Shown: one piece after another, positions 39,185 to 50,782 of the stretch | How the letters are laid out: every line of letters begins with the position of its first letter | Position numbering within the stretch: the first letter of the stretch is position 1 | Origin: Octopus bimaculoides | Taxonomy: Eukaryota | Reading direction: 5' to 3' | NCBI RefSeq assembly: GCF_001194135.2 | Contig: NC_069005.1 | Span: 34,218,511-34,282,510 of the forward strand | Length of the DNA: 64,000 bases | The notes under the pieces: generated by a model | What the model was told of the DNA's origin: nothing | Database searches by the model: none | The model's input: the letters and a program-made list of their open reading frames with translations, nothing else | Program-made: the position numbers and the translations under genes

Positions 39185-39580
39185 CTGCGGCCGTGCTGGC
39201 GCATCACCTTTTCGTCGAATGGATCGATCCCAGTACTTACTTTTTGAAGCTTGTTACTTATTCTATCACTTTCTTTCGCCGAACCGCTAAGTTGCGGAGA
39301 CATAAACACACTAACACCGGTTATCAAGCAGTTGTAGCGAGCAAACACGGACATAAAGACACACACGCATGCATACATACATACATACATACATACATAC
39401 ATACATACATACATACATACATGCATACATACATACATACATACATAGGACGTGTTTCTTCCAGCTGCCGTCTACCAGATCCATTTTCAAGGCTTTGGTC
39501 TGTGTGAAACTATAAGAAAAAAAAACACATGGCCAAGGTACCACGCAGTGGGACTGAACCCAGAACCATGTAGTTGAGAA
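39185..39580 (-). mobile_element. SINE family A, full length with internal (CATA)n
   Basis: Head ccacgcagtgggactgaacccagaaccatg, body, (CATA)n tract and 3' part all collinear with other copies. Confidence 0.85.
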
Positions 39581-39879
39581 CGAAAGTTAGACATTTAAGT
39601 AGCTAAAATTATATCGATGTTGCCTGTATAATGAATATGTAGATGTATCTTAGCACTGTGTATATGCACACATGAATGGTTAAGCATACTGCGCATGCGT
39701 CGACTGCATAGATGGATAGAAACGAATTTTAGTCCCGGAGTATTTGAACAGACAAATAAAATAACATGTCGTAATACACTAACATTTTCGCTAGCTTCAA
39801 TATTTCGTTAGCTTCTATAGTTTATCGTCCATTTTGCATTGCTCTGTCCTTCGAATAACACACAACTTTATAAGGTTTA

Positions 39880-40240
39880 GACTTTCACTGGATACATAGA
39901 GACATTGTGTATAGAGAAACAGATTAAATACAGTGTGTAGATATTGACTGGATGGCTAGACATTGTGTACAGACCTTGAGTATAAAGGAATATAAATGCT
40001 GTGTATATACATACAGATAGATAACTAAAGGGTGTAGATGTTAACTGGATACATAGATATTGTGTATAGACGTTGTGTATAGCCGTATCTAAACAGTATG
40101 TATATATATATATATATATATATNNNNNNNNNNNNNNNNNNNNNNNNNNNNNNNNNNNNNNNNNNNNNNNNNNNNNNNNNNNNNNNTGACTAGATAAGTA
40201 GAGTGTGTAAATGTTTAGTAGATAGATAGCCACTGTATCT
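39880..40240. repeat. Degenerate ~30-bp minisatellite, block 2
   Basis: actggatacatagagacattgtg / gatattgactggatggctagacattgtg / gatgttaactggatacatagatattgtg units. Confidence 0.7.
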
Positions 40241-40597
40241 TGTATAACTGTAAATACCTAAATAGACTCAAATATATATTGATAATAAAAGATGTTATAT
40301 TGTAAAATGGAGGCTCACAATAGACGGGTCTTCAATACAATTGATTAAAAGTTGAAGTAAAGTTCAGATCAATATGGCTACCGATCGACACAAACATTGA
40401 CTTACACAAATCACTTCGGAAAATATTCAATCATAATGTTCACAAACATTAATGGCTTCTACTCTGGATTTCTGCTGTAGCAATATAAAGGAGTACAGAC
40501 AGAAATAAGGGAGTACAAGCTGTCCAGTGTGGGGAGCTTGTGAGCGCTGGTTCGACTTGCTGAAAATAATTTTCAAAACGTCTTTCGATTCACTCTG

Positions 40598-40888
40598 CAG
40601 GCGTGGCTCTGATGTAAAATGTTTGTTTCTCAGCCACATGGATTTTCGGGTTCAGTTCTGTTTCATGTTACCTTGAGAAAGTATCTTCTACTATAGCCTC
40701 AGGTTGACCAAAGCCTTGCGAGTGGATTGAGTAGACAGAAACTGGAAGAAGCCCGTCTTATGTGTGTGTGTGTTCACGTGTATGTGCGTATGTGCGTGAC
40801 CCGTTTTGACAACCGATGTTGGTGTGTTTATGTCCTGTAACTTAGCGGTTCAGTAAAACAAACCAATTGAATAAAAAGTAGGCTTTTG
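40598..40888 (+). mobile_element. SINE family A, near full length
   Basis: ggcgtggctc...gggttcagttc...cttctactatagcctcaggttgaccaaagccttgcgagtgg...(TG)n...gacaaccgatgttggtgtgttt...cttagcggttcag. Confidence 0.85.
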
Positions 40889-41009
40889 ACCCATAACCAT
40901 CCCGAAAGGAACTACAAATATGGAGCCGTTGTAAGGTCACATGCCACGTTAGAAATAAATGTTATATCTAACAAGAATCATGTCCTTATTGTCTTAACGA
41001 AGGAAGGGC

Positions 41010-41126
41010 AGAAGAAGAAGAAGAAGAAGAAGAAGAAGAAGAAGAAGAAGAAGAAGAAGAAGAAGAAGAAGAAGAAGAAGAAGAATGATGATGATGATGA
41101 TGATGATGAGGAGGAGGAGGAGGAGG
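41010..41126. repeat. (GAA)n-(GAT)n-(GAG)n compound microsatellite
   Basis: Direct reading; source of the poly-K/D/E ORF. Confidence 0.97.
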
Positions 41127-41209
41127 ATATTGAATAATGTATTCCAAGGTAAACAGCTTTGGTCATATATCTAGAGGGTCCGAACTGACCAGTGGTCAAA
41201 GAAACACCA

Positions 41210-41340
41210 TCAACTCTAGACATTAGTGATATATGATATGGTTGATATACTTAGATATATGTATAAAAATAGACGTGATTGTCACGGCTGGAAGAACATT
41301 TGATCATCTGCAGACAGCCAATACAAACGAGACCTAAAAG
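41210..41340 (+). mobile_element. SINE-like family D, degenerate
   Basis: gattgtcacggctggaagaacatttgatcat resembles the family D 3' segment at 54163-54232 (minus) and 54425. Confidence 0.35.
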
Positions 41341-41785
41341 TCATGAAAGAAATGTTGTGTATATCTTTGTCGATAACAGTAAATTACATTTCAATATTTA
41401 AGTTTATTGATAATTACTGATTTGATAAATTTCGAGATTGGCTTTGATGTCCGGTTCAATGGCGTCTTTGTTCTTGCGCGATTATTGCGATTGGTGGCAG
41501 TTATATGAACAACAGAGACATTATTATGATTGCTAGTGGAGTACACACAACACAGTAAATATCGTGATTGTTAGTGGAGTACAAACACTGATTATCAACG
41601 GAGCGTACAAACAGAGTACCAAGAAAGAGAAAGAAACGACAGAGAGAAGCAATAAAGAATAAACAGCCGGGGAATTAACAACAACGAGTACAGAGAGTAG
41701 CAGCAGAGAGTACCAACAGGGAGTAGTCTCAGAGAGTACTAGCAGAGGGGACTAGCAGAGAGTACCGTCTTGCGCTGTTATTGAT

Positions 41786-42120
41786 GTGGGATTGTAGTCG
41801 TAGTAGTAGTCGTAGTGGCAGCAGCAGTAGTAGCAGTAGTAGTAGTGTTGTTGAATGCGCTTGTGATGGTGGTGATGCTGGTGGTTGTTATGACACTGGT
41901 AACAGTAATAGTAGCGGTGGTGTTGGTAGTTGTGGTGTTAATGTTTGTAGTAGTAGTAGTAGTAGTATTGATGACCATCATTGTAGTCGTGCTAATACTA
42001 GTGTATCATCCATCTTGGTCAGAGTGATGGTAGTGGTGGAGATTGTGGTGGCGGTGCTAGTGGTGTGTCTATTGCTGTGATGGCAGCGGCGGTGGTGGTG
42101 GCGGCGCCGGCGGCGATGAT
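41786..42120. repeat. Cryptic (GTA/GTG/GCA)n low-complexity block
   Basis: Direct reading. Confidence 0.85.
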
Positions 42121-42799
42121 GCCTCTTGTGGTCATAGTTTCTGTTTTAATAATGAAGATGGCGATATTGCTGGAGTCCATTTCACACTTTATTAAAAATA
42201 TGATTTATAATTATTAGATTGCCCCTCATTAGTCGCAACTCTCGCACTTTCACTTTCCCCGTCTTTCTTTCTCCATCATGGTCGCTTTCCATTTTACTCT
42301 TGTCTGTATGAATGCGTGCGCGTGGGTGTTTTTAAATACACATATATGTATGTGTGTGTGAGTGTTATGCCTATACATGTGTTTATGTATGTAGTTATAT
42401 ACATATATATGTGCGTGTGTGTGTGATATGCGTGAAATAGTGTGAATATATTTTACTTGGAGCTGATGCTTCTTCAATTATTTGGTCTATGTATCATGGT
42501 TCCGATTGTGGAAACGATCGAAAGAGGACAGTAACGAAACAAAAATATAAATAAATATATTCTGAATTACATCAAAAAGGGATTGGTGTAAAGTAGACCA
42601 AAATGTGAAAGAGTGGCATAGACAGACATTAAAAATTTCGGTATGTTTGCTTCTATTCATCACCATGTTTAATGACACGTATTATATTTGTCTTCACGTG
42701 GATGAACAGGTAACATTTTCTAGTATCCACTAACATTGGGGGGGGGGTAATGTGAGAGGAGGGGGTAACTGTTGTAGATGCTAAGATTGTTATTGAACC

Positions 42800-43230
42800 C
42801 TATAAATTTGTCCATTTCACTGTCATCTGCGGAGGAGATATCAGCTTGACGAATTAACTCTTTCTAAAAACCAAGATTGTTTGGAAGGTAGATATTCGTA
42901 CCGTTTGCTTCAATGACAGAAAAGTTTTGCGTGTTTCTAGTTGAATCGTTTCATCTGTTTGTAATCATCCTAGATTCATATTAAACTGGGTGGCTATTCG
43001 CAACATCAGCGAATGTTTTCTTCAATATTTACTGTATCCGATGAGACAAATTTGCATCTGAGGAAGCAGCTGACTGCTCTGCACTTCGTTGAAAAGCTCA
43101 AAAGTCTCCAAAATATACCAGGCATTCTCGTTAGCCGGTGTTGGCAGGAACCATACTTTCCCTGCAATAGCTTTTGTCTTTAACATAGCATATCTGCCAG
43201 AGATGCCATCTCAGAATAAATATCGCAGTG
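42800..43230 (-). mobile_element. Possible hAT transposase fragment
   Basis: ASLADMLC*RQKLLQGK ~ AFLADI..HLN.LNLKLQGK; ELIRQADISSADDSEMDKF ~ ELIDLQSDD.LK.KF; weak. Confidence 0.3.
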
Positions 43231-43246
43231 GCTGCCCTTTCAACGG

Positions 43247-43290
<44 letters not shown>

Positions 43291-44277
43291 NNNNNNNNNN
43301 NNNNNNNNNNNNNNNNNNNNNNNNNNNNNNNNNNNNNNNNNNNNNNNNNNNNNNNNNNNNNNNNNNNNNNNNNNNNNNNNNNNNNNNNNNNNNNNNNNNN
43401 NNNNNNNNNNNNNNNNNNNNNNNNNNNNNNNNNNNNNNNNNNNNNNNNNNNNNNNNNNNNNNNNNNNNNNNNNNNNNNNNNNNNNNNNNNNNNNNNNNNN
43501 NNNNNNNNNNNNNNNNNNNNNNNNNNNNNNNNNNNNNNNNNNNNNNNNNNNNNNNNNNNNNNNNNNNNNNNNNNNNNNNNNNNNNNNNNNNNNNNNNNNN
43601 NNNNNNNNNNNNNNNNNNNNNNNNNNNNNNNNNNNNNNNNNNNNNNNNNNNNNNNNNNNNNNNNNNNNNNNNNNNNNNNNNNNNNNNNNNNNNNNNNNNN
43701 NNNNNNNNNNNNNNNNNNNNNNNNNNNNNNNNNNNNNNNNNNNNNNNNNNNNNNNNNNNNNNNNNNNNNNNNNNNNNNNNNNNNNNNNNNNNNNNNNNNN
43801 NNNNNNNNNNNNNNNNNNNNNNNNNNNNNNNNNNNNNNNNNNNNNNNNNNNNNNNNNNNNNNNNNNNNNNNNNNNNNNNNNNNNNNNNNNNNNNNNNNNN
43901 NNNNNNNNNNNNNNNNNNNNNNNNNNNNNNNNNNNNNNNNNNNNNNNNNNNNNNNNNNNNNNNNNNNNNNNNNNNNNNNNNNNNNNNNNNNNNNNNNNNN
44001 NNNNNNNNNNNNNNNNNNNNNNNNNNNNNNNNNNNNNNNNNNNNNNNNNNNNNNNNNNNNNNNNNNNNNNNNNNNNNNNNNNNNNNNNNNNNNNNNNNNN
44101 NNNNNNNNNNNNNNNNNNNNNNNNNNNNNNNNNNNNNNNNNNNNNNNNNNNNNNNNNNNNNNNNNNNNNNNNNNNNNNNNNNNNNNNNNNNNNNNNNNNN
44201 NNNNNNNNNNNNNNNNNNNNNNNNNNNNNNNNNNNNNNNNNNNNNNNNNNNNNNNNNNNNNNNNNNNNNNNNNNNNN

Positions 44278-44314
<37 letters not shown>

Positions 44315-44343
44315 ATTTATACATACATATTTACATATATGTA

Positions 44344-44468
44344 CATCGACCCCAGAATTTGATTGGTACCTCATTTTATCAAACCCCTGAAAAGAGAAAA
44401 GTCGAAGTCAACTTCGATAGAATTTGAACTCGGAATAAATGCTCACTAAGCATTTTGTCCGACCGAGC
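44344..44468 (-). mobile_element. SINE family B, degenerate
   Basis: gaatttgaactcgg (B-box, reverse), catcgacccca, taagcattttgtcc. Confidence 0.7.
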
Positions 44469-44928
44469 AACATAAAAAAGTACTCCATTCAGTGAGAATC
44501 AAATATCCTTTATTGTACTTATATACACACAGACATACATACGTATATATATATATATATATATATATAATCTATGTGACTGCACACTCACAAGTGTCAC
44601 TAATATCGTTGTCATCAACATCATCATCATAACCACATTCTTTAAGTACAACAACAGCAACTAGAGTAAAACAATGGCGATGTTGTGTGTTTCTCTGTGT
44701 GTCGTGTGCGTGCATATGTGTGTGCGTGTGTGTGTGTTGTGTGTGCTTGCTGTGTTTGCATGTGCGTTGTGTGTGTGTGCGTTGTGTGCGCGTGCGTATG
44801 TGTATGTGTGTGTTGTGTGTATATGTGTCTACGTGTATGTGTGTGTATTCTGTGTGTATGTGTGCGTATGCGTCTGTGTGTATGTGTGTGTATTCTGTGT
44901 GTATTTGTGTGTATGTGTGTGTATTCTG

Positions 44929-44959
<31 letters not shown>

Positions 44960-45493
44960 ATGTGTGTGTGTTTGTAAATTATCGGAGCTGACACTGATCA
45001 ATAGCGTCTCAGTTCCGACATCAATGAGGAAAGCACCGCCGACCATAATGAAGTCTTTGATTGTTGAATACAGAACAAACACAAAAATAAACACACAAAA
45101 AAACCCCACATATAAAAACCACGTAAAACAAAATTATTATTAAGTAATTAATTCCCAGGTGATCCTTAGGAAATTGTCCTGGTTCAAGAAATTCTCATTC
45201 GGGGAATTTACTCAACTAATAAGGGTCATAACCTTTTACAATCAGCTCTCATTTATCATAATCGCGGAATTGGTTGGCAGTTAAACGAAATAACCATTCC
45301 CGCCATCTTTCTGTGCGTGTGTGTATGTGTGTCTGTGCTTTTGTGTGTGTGTGTGTGTGTGTATGTACGCGTGTGGATTATCGCAGATAAGACATTACCA
45401 GCAGCATGAATATTCTTGGATTGTCAATAGATGATATATACATATGTATGTGTAAATACAATTGCATGTATCCACATATATTACATGTATTTA

Positions 45494-45524
<31 letters not shown>

Positions 45525-45538
45525 GCACATACATATAT

Positions 45539-45569
<31 letters not shown>

Positions 45570-45662
45570 GTTGAAATTTACAGAAAAACAAAAGACGAAG
45601 ACAAGTGTATAAACAACAAGCAGATGTATTAGTTTGACGCTCGAGAAGGTGAGAAAGTCATT

Positions 45663-45690
45663 TATGTTTCGAGCCGACGCTCTTCAATGG
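45663..45690 (-). ncRNA. Heavily decayed dimer-type hammerhead motif
   Basis: Minus strand: ccaTTGA a GAGC gtcg GCTC GAAA CATA; stem II and GAAA are intact, the 5' core has 3 mismatches to CUGAUGA. Confidence 0.3.
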
Positions 45691-45904
45691 TAAGGAACAC
45701 GAAGAAATAAACAGAGAGAATACAAAAAAAAAATTGTGGATTTAGCGATCAGACAAAGCGACTGATTGAAAAATGATAGTTTGACAGGATAGCTAGGAAT
45801 GAGGGGAGATGATAAAGTACTGGTGATCCCAAAACGAAGGTGCGCGTGCGTGTGTGTATGTGAAAGTGTGTGTGTGTAGATAGGGGTTGTAACTTAAACT
45901 GCGC

Positions 45905-45942
45905 GACAATCGGTTTCGTCGTTCGACTCATCAGTTTGTAGC
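45905..45942 (-). ncRNA. Hammerhead core motif with irregular stem I/III junction
   Basis: Minus strand: gctacaaa CTGATGA GTCG aa CGAC GAAA ccgattgtc; exact core boxes flank a 4-bp stem II. Confidence 0.5.
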
Positions 45943-46895
45943 GACGCAGATTGTCCATTATTATTCGTATATTTATAGACAACAGTATTTCGTTTTAAAA
46001 TACCTTTGATCTAAATAGCCAATATTTCAGTGATGTAACATTAATGGAGATGATAGCGAAGGCAAGCTGTTTTAGCAATGGCGGACTCAAGAGGAAGATA
46101 TTTTAGATTGGCCAAGAAAAACAAAAAAAGAAAATGATCAATGAATTCAGGAATGACAAAAATGAGATTCCTTATGCAAAGAACACGACAGTCGATTGAC
46201 AAAATTTACCGATTGCAGACAGAAACATCCCAAAGATTCAATGCCGACAATCTCTACAGAATCAATGCATAAAACCAGCCAGATAATCAATGCAGTGATC
46301 AATTGAATAAGAAGCTGATGAAAATTGATAATTGAGTGATTGAGACAAAACAACCGATAAAAGTTTGAATGAAAAGTCAAGTGCAGGAGGGTAACTCTAA
46401 AGAGGTTACACTTGAGGAATTTATGAATAAAATGAAAGAATGTAACGAAACAGGATATAGTAAGGAAGCCACCAAATGGAGAGGATACAATCGAAGAATT
46501 AACAAACCAACATCAGCAACGCAACAATATTCAAAAAGGTACCTCCGTTGGTAAGTAAATTTTAGAAGCCAACCAATGAAAACGACCGACATACGAAGAA
46601 TAATTGCGATTATATTTAAACCAGTTTAAAAATAACACCAGGAGAGATCGAATTGGCGAGTAACTGTAATAGCATTAAATCGCATGCACACACACACGCA
46701 CACACACAATATTATTTGTCAGGGACAGGAAATAATAGCAAATAAAAAACTACTGTAGAAAGTGACGCAGAAGTATGTTGGCCAAATCATTAGATACAAT
46801 ACGGTACGTGGAAATGAAGGTCAGAATAGGGCACAATGTTAAGGAGGAGGATTTAAATATAATATGATAGAACACTGGTGCAATATTACTGGTAA

Positions 46896-47058
46896 AAGGC
46901 GGCGAGCTGGCAGAAACGTTAGCGCACCAGGCGGAATGCTTAGCGCTATTTCGTCTGTCTTTAAGTTCTGAGTTCAAATTTCGCCGAGGTCGACTTTGCC
47001 CTTCATCCTATCGGGGTCGATAAATTAAGTACTAGTTGCGTACTGGGGTCGATCTAGT
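46896..47058 (+). mobile_element. SINE family B
   Basis: aaggcggcgagctggcagaaacgttagc...gagttcaaattcgccgaggtcgactttgcc...ggggtcgatc, followed by (TA)n. Confidence 0.92.
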
Positions 47059-47067
47059 TTATATATA

Positions 47068-47145
<78 letters not shown>

Positions 47146-47377
47146 TATATATGTATATATATATATGTAAATGCATATATATATGTGTGTGTATATATAT
47201 ATATATATATATACATACATACAAATGATAATGTGCATACATCAGTGAAGCACATTTAAAGGTGTAAGGAAATGCATATATGTACACATACATAACCACA
47301 CATAAAGATGCAAACGCATACGTATATACTCACACACATCCATCCACCGACCCATCCAGCCATGCACAACACGCACG

Positions 47378-47415
<38 letters not shown>

Positions 47416-47432
47416 TACACACACACACATAC

Positions 47433-47501
47433 CTGATTGAAGTTGTTAAAATTCCATTGAAAGACTCTTGTTTTTGTTTCTGGTTTGGAAGCCGGCTCTT
47501 C
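47433..47501 (-). CDS. Candidate 69-nt internal exon EEPASKPETKTRVFQWNFNNFNQ
   Basis: U-rich tract then aataaag acceptor; strong CAG|GTATGT donor; phase 0/0 and open; unique sequence between microsatellites. Confidence 0.3.
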
Positions 47502-47561
47502 CTTTATTGGCGAGAATTTTTGAAAATAAAACCAGGAAAATAAAACCCACCAAAACATACA

Positions 47562-47593
<32 letters not shown>

Positions 47594-47983
47594 ACGCACA
47601 AATACACACATATGTATGTATGTGTGTGTGCATGTGTGTTTTTTGTGTATATATGTATGCGTCTATCTATCATTAAAATTTATTGGTGCACATTTCCAAA
47701 CAATACAATTCTATAGAAATGTTGATGTTCTTTTATTTTTAAAGGTAAATTTAGAAGAGAATTGGGAAGAAATATCTGGAGTAGTTTGTATTGGAATTAC
47801 TGAGGCAGAAATTACCAATGTTTGGTAAACTTGGTTAAGTTGATGGCACGTTAAATAGGAGAGAGGAACATCTAGGAGATTGGGAAAATATACACGAGCA
47901 CACAGCACACAGCACGCACACACATTTATACAGACACGTCGTGTATATACACACACACACGTACATATATATACTATGCATAC

Positions 47984-48023
<40 letters not shown>

Positions 48024-48507
48024 NNNNNNNNNNNNNNNNNNNNNNNNNNNNNNNNNNNNNNNNNNNNNNNNNNNNNNNNNNNNNNNNNNNNNNNNNNNNN
48101 NNNNNNNNNNNNNNNNNNNNNNNNNNNNNNNNNNNNNNNNNNNNNNNNNNNNNNNNNNNNNNNNNNNNNNNNNNNNNNNNNNNNNNNNNNNNNNNNNNNN
48201 NNNNNNNNNNNNNNNNNNNNNNNNNNNNNNNNNNNNNNNNNNNNNNNNNNNNNNNNNNNNNNNNNNNNNNNNNNNNNNNNNNNNNNNNNNNNNNNNNNNN
48301 NNNNNNNNNNNNNNNNNNNNNNNNNNNNNNNNNNNNNNNNNNNNNNNNNNNNNNNNNNNNNNNNNNNNNNNNNNNNNNNNNNNNNNNNNNNNNNNNNNNN
48401 NNNNNNNNNNNNNNNNNNNNNNNNNNNNNNNNNNNNNNNNNNNNNNNNNNNNNNNNNNNNNNNNNNNNNNNNNNNNNNNNNNNNNNNNNNNNNNNNNNNN
48501 NNNNNNN

Positions 48508-48539
<32 letters not shown>

Positions 48540-50039
48540 TATATATATCTTTATGTATGCATGTATGTACGTACGTATGTCTACTTCCATACACACACAC
48601 ACACAAATATACATGAGTGATAAATACACTGGAATTTCAAATAGTCAATGTAAACTGTTTTAAGCAACACAATAGGTGGAGAATCATGTTGAAGGGAGAG
48701 GTGGGTGGGCAGGTGGGTGTAAGCGTCATGTTGATGTTGCTGTTATTGTTGTTCTGCAACATGGTGTACGATAATGAAGGTGATGCTACAGACGAGAACG
48801 ACTGGGACGAAGATGACGGTGTTACGAATGGAGGAGGAGGTGGTGGTGGCGGTTGTAGTTAATGGTATTCTTGTGTATCTGTTTGAGGGTCGGGGCTGCG
48901 AGTCTCTGTGTGAGTGTTTATTTAATTTGATGTGGTGCTATCGATACTTGCAGCTATTGAGGTAGGTTGGATGTCGGGTGTGGCAGGGGGTCGCGTGTGC
49001 AGCGCTGTTAGTGCGAAGACACACACCCTTATGCACCTGCGCACATTAACACTCTCACAAAATACAAATTCATACATATTCACACATATACATATAATAA
49101 AATAGACCGAAAGAACACACACACATATACATACACACATATATACACCTACACCCTTTGACTCCAATATTCTCATGACTGAACATATGTCGCGATTTCT
49201 GTGTTTCTTTTTTTCTTTTTCAGTTTCTAAACCAAACAACCACTTATGGTTGGCCAAATCTTTCTGGGTTTCATTAACTCAGCCTTCCAGTCAACAGAAA
49301 ACAATTATTATTATTATTATTATTATTACTCTGTGCGTGTGTGTTGGCATGTGCGGGCGTGATATCAAGCTCCTCCGGGGGGTATTGGATTATTGCCAGA
49401 TTTCACAAACTGAAAGATTTTCCATTTTTTTGTCTTTTTTGGATTGTTTTCCAAACGAAGAACTTTCGAAGGTGTTAACGTCTATCCTAATATTTTCATT
49501 TTAAACAACATTGATTTGTCGGGGTTGTTTCTAAGCATTTTCTTGTGTTCGTATATTTTTTTCATGTCGTTGGCATTGCAGCCGAGTGAAGGTTTAAACA
49601 TTGTTCGGCGCTTTCACGGAACGGAAGCTTGTAAGCAATACATTAGAAAAGTGTGTACCTCTTTGCTCGGAAAATGTATCGACATCCAACCAAAAGCAGA
49701 ACGACTTGACTTCCTGAAATTTGCGAAGATCTGATATACCCACAAAGACTAGCTGAAGGGAGGCACTAATTATGCATGACCTGACCTGTGTTTTGTCCCA
49801 AAATTAAGAACGTGACGAGAGAGAGCTTGTCCAACTGGTTCACCTCATATTTTTCCATAATCTGGCTCTGTAATACAGGCATCACCGAACGTAGCTTTTA
49901 ATTGTCTGTTTAATCTAAGTCAAATAATGTCCCATTGTCGAAATTGAAACCGGCATCGCTCAGTTTGCCTATCGCATTCTTCTGTTAATCCACATCATCA
50001 TGAACCAATTCGGAGTTTCCTCGTTTTGTCTTAGTGAAA

Positions 50040-50077
<38 letters not shown>

Positions 50078-50630
50078 AAAGAGTAAAATGTTAACGGGTA
50101 TTATTGGCGGGTGGGGGGGTAATATGGTGGGAAAAGAGCAGAAGAACAGGGTTCTGGGATCGTTTCACCCAACTACAGTAAAATTGTTTTTAATGAGATT
50201 TAGTGTCCTAAAAAAAAAAAAAAATGAAACAATTACTACGAAACATTTTTTTTTATGTCCTGGTTTCAAATTTCACAGAAGTCAATATTGTCATTTAGAA
50301 CCAATGAATAAAGTACCATTTCTATAATTTACCATTTATGTACTACCATTTCTATAATTTACGTACAGCAGTCAATTTTTCTTTTACTGTTTCTGTCCGT
50401 TTTCCCTTTCTTAAAAAGAAATCGGTGGTGGCCAAACCTGGCGCTGGATGTGCTTTCCCAGATCCACCAAGAAAATGTGCAAATCAGATTGTATGCCCGA
50501 TACTGGCTGTATTATTCAATCGAATAAGGAAAAGGCCCCGGCCAGGCTGTATGAGTAGAGTTAATGCATAGTTTTGCATTTACTGAGTGGGAGGATAAGC
50601 ACAGATACAAACACACACATATGTATATAG

Positions 50631-50782
50631 GACGAGCTTCTTCCAGTTTCTGCATATCAAGTCCACTCACAACGCTTTGTTCGATCCGAGGGTGTAGCAG
50701 AGGACAATTTCACAAAGGTGCCACGCAGTGAGACTGAACCCTGAACCATGTGGTTGGTAAGCAAGCTTCTTAACACAGCCGC
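50631..50782 (-). mobile_element. SINE family A, 5' half
   Basis: ccacgcagtgagactgaaccctgaaccatgtggttggtaagcaagcttcttaacacagccgc. Confidence 0.85.

Noticed and set aside
45270-45310. YY1-like CCGCCATCTT plus inverted CCAAT; also octamer ATGCAAAT sites (~7957, ~18859)
   Set aside because: Short motifs expected by chance, with no linked transcription start evidence
47744-47823. Plus-strand exon candidate VNLEENWEEISGVVCIGITEAEITNV
   Set aside because: Opposite strand to neighbouring candidates and no homology; it shows the chance rate of such calls
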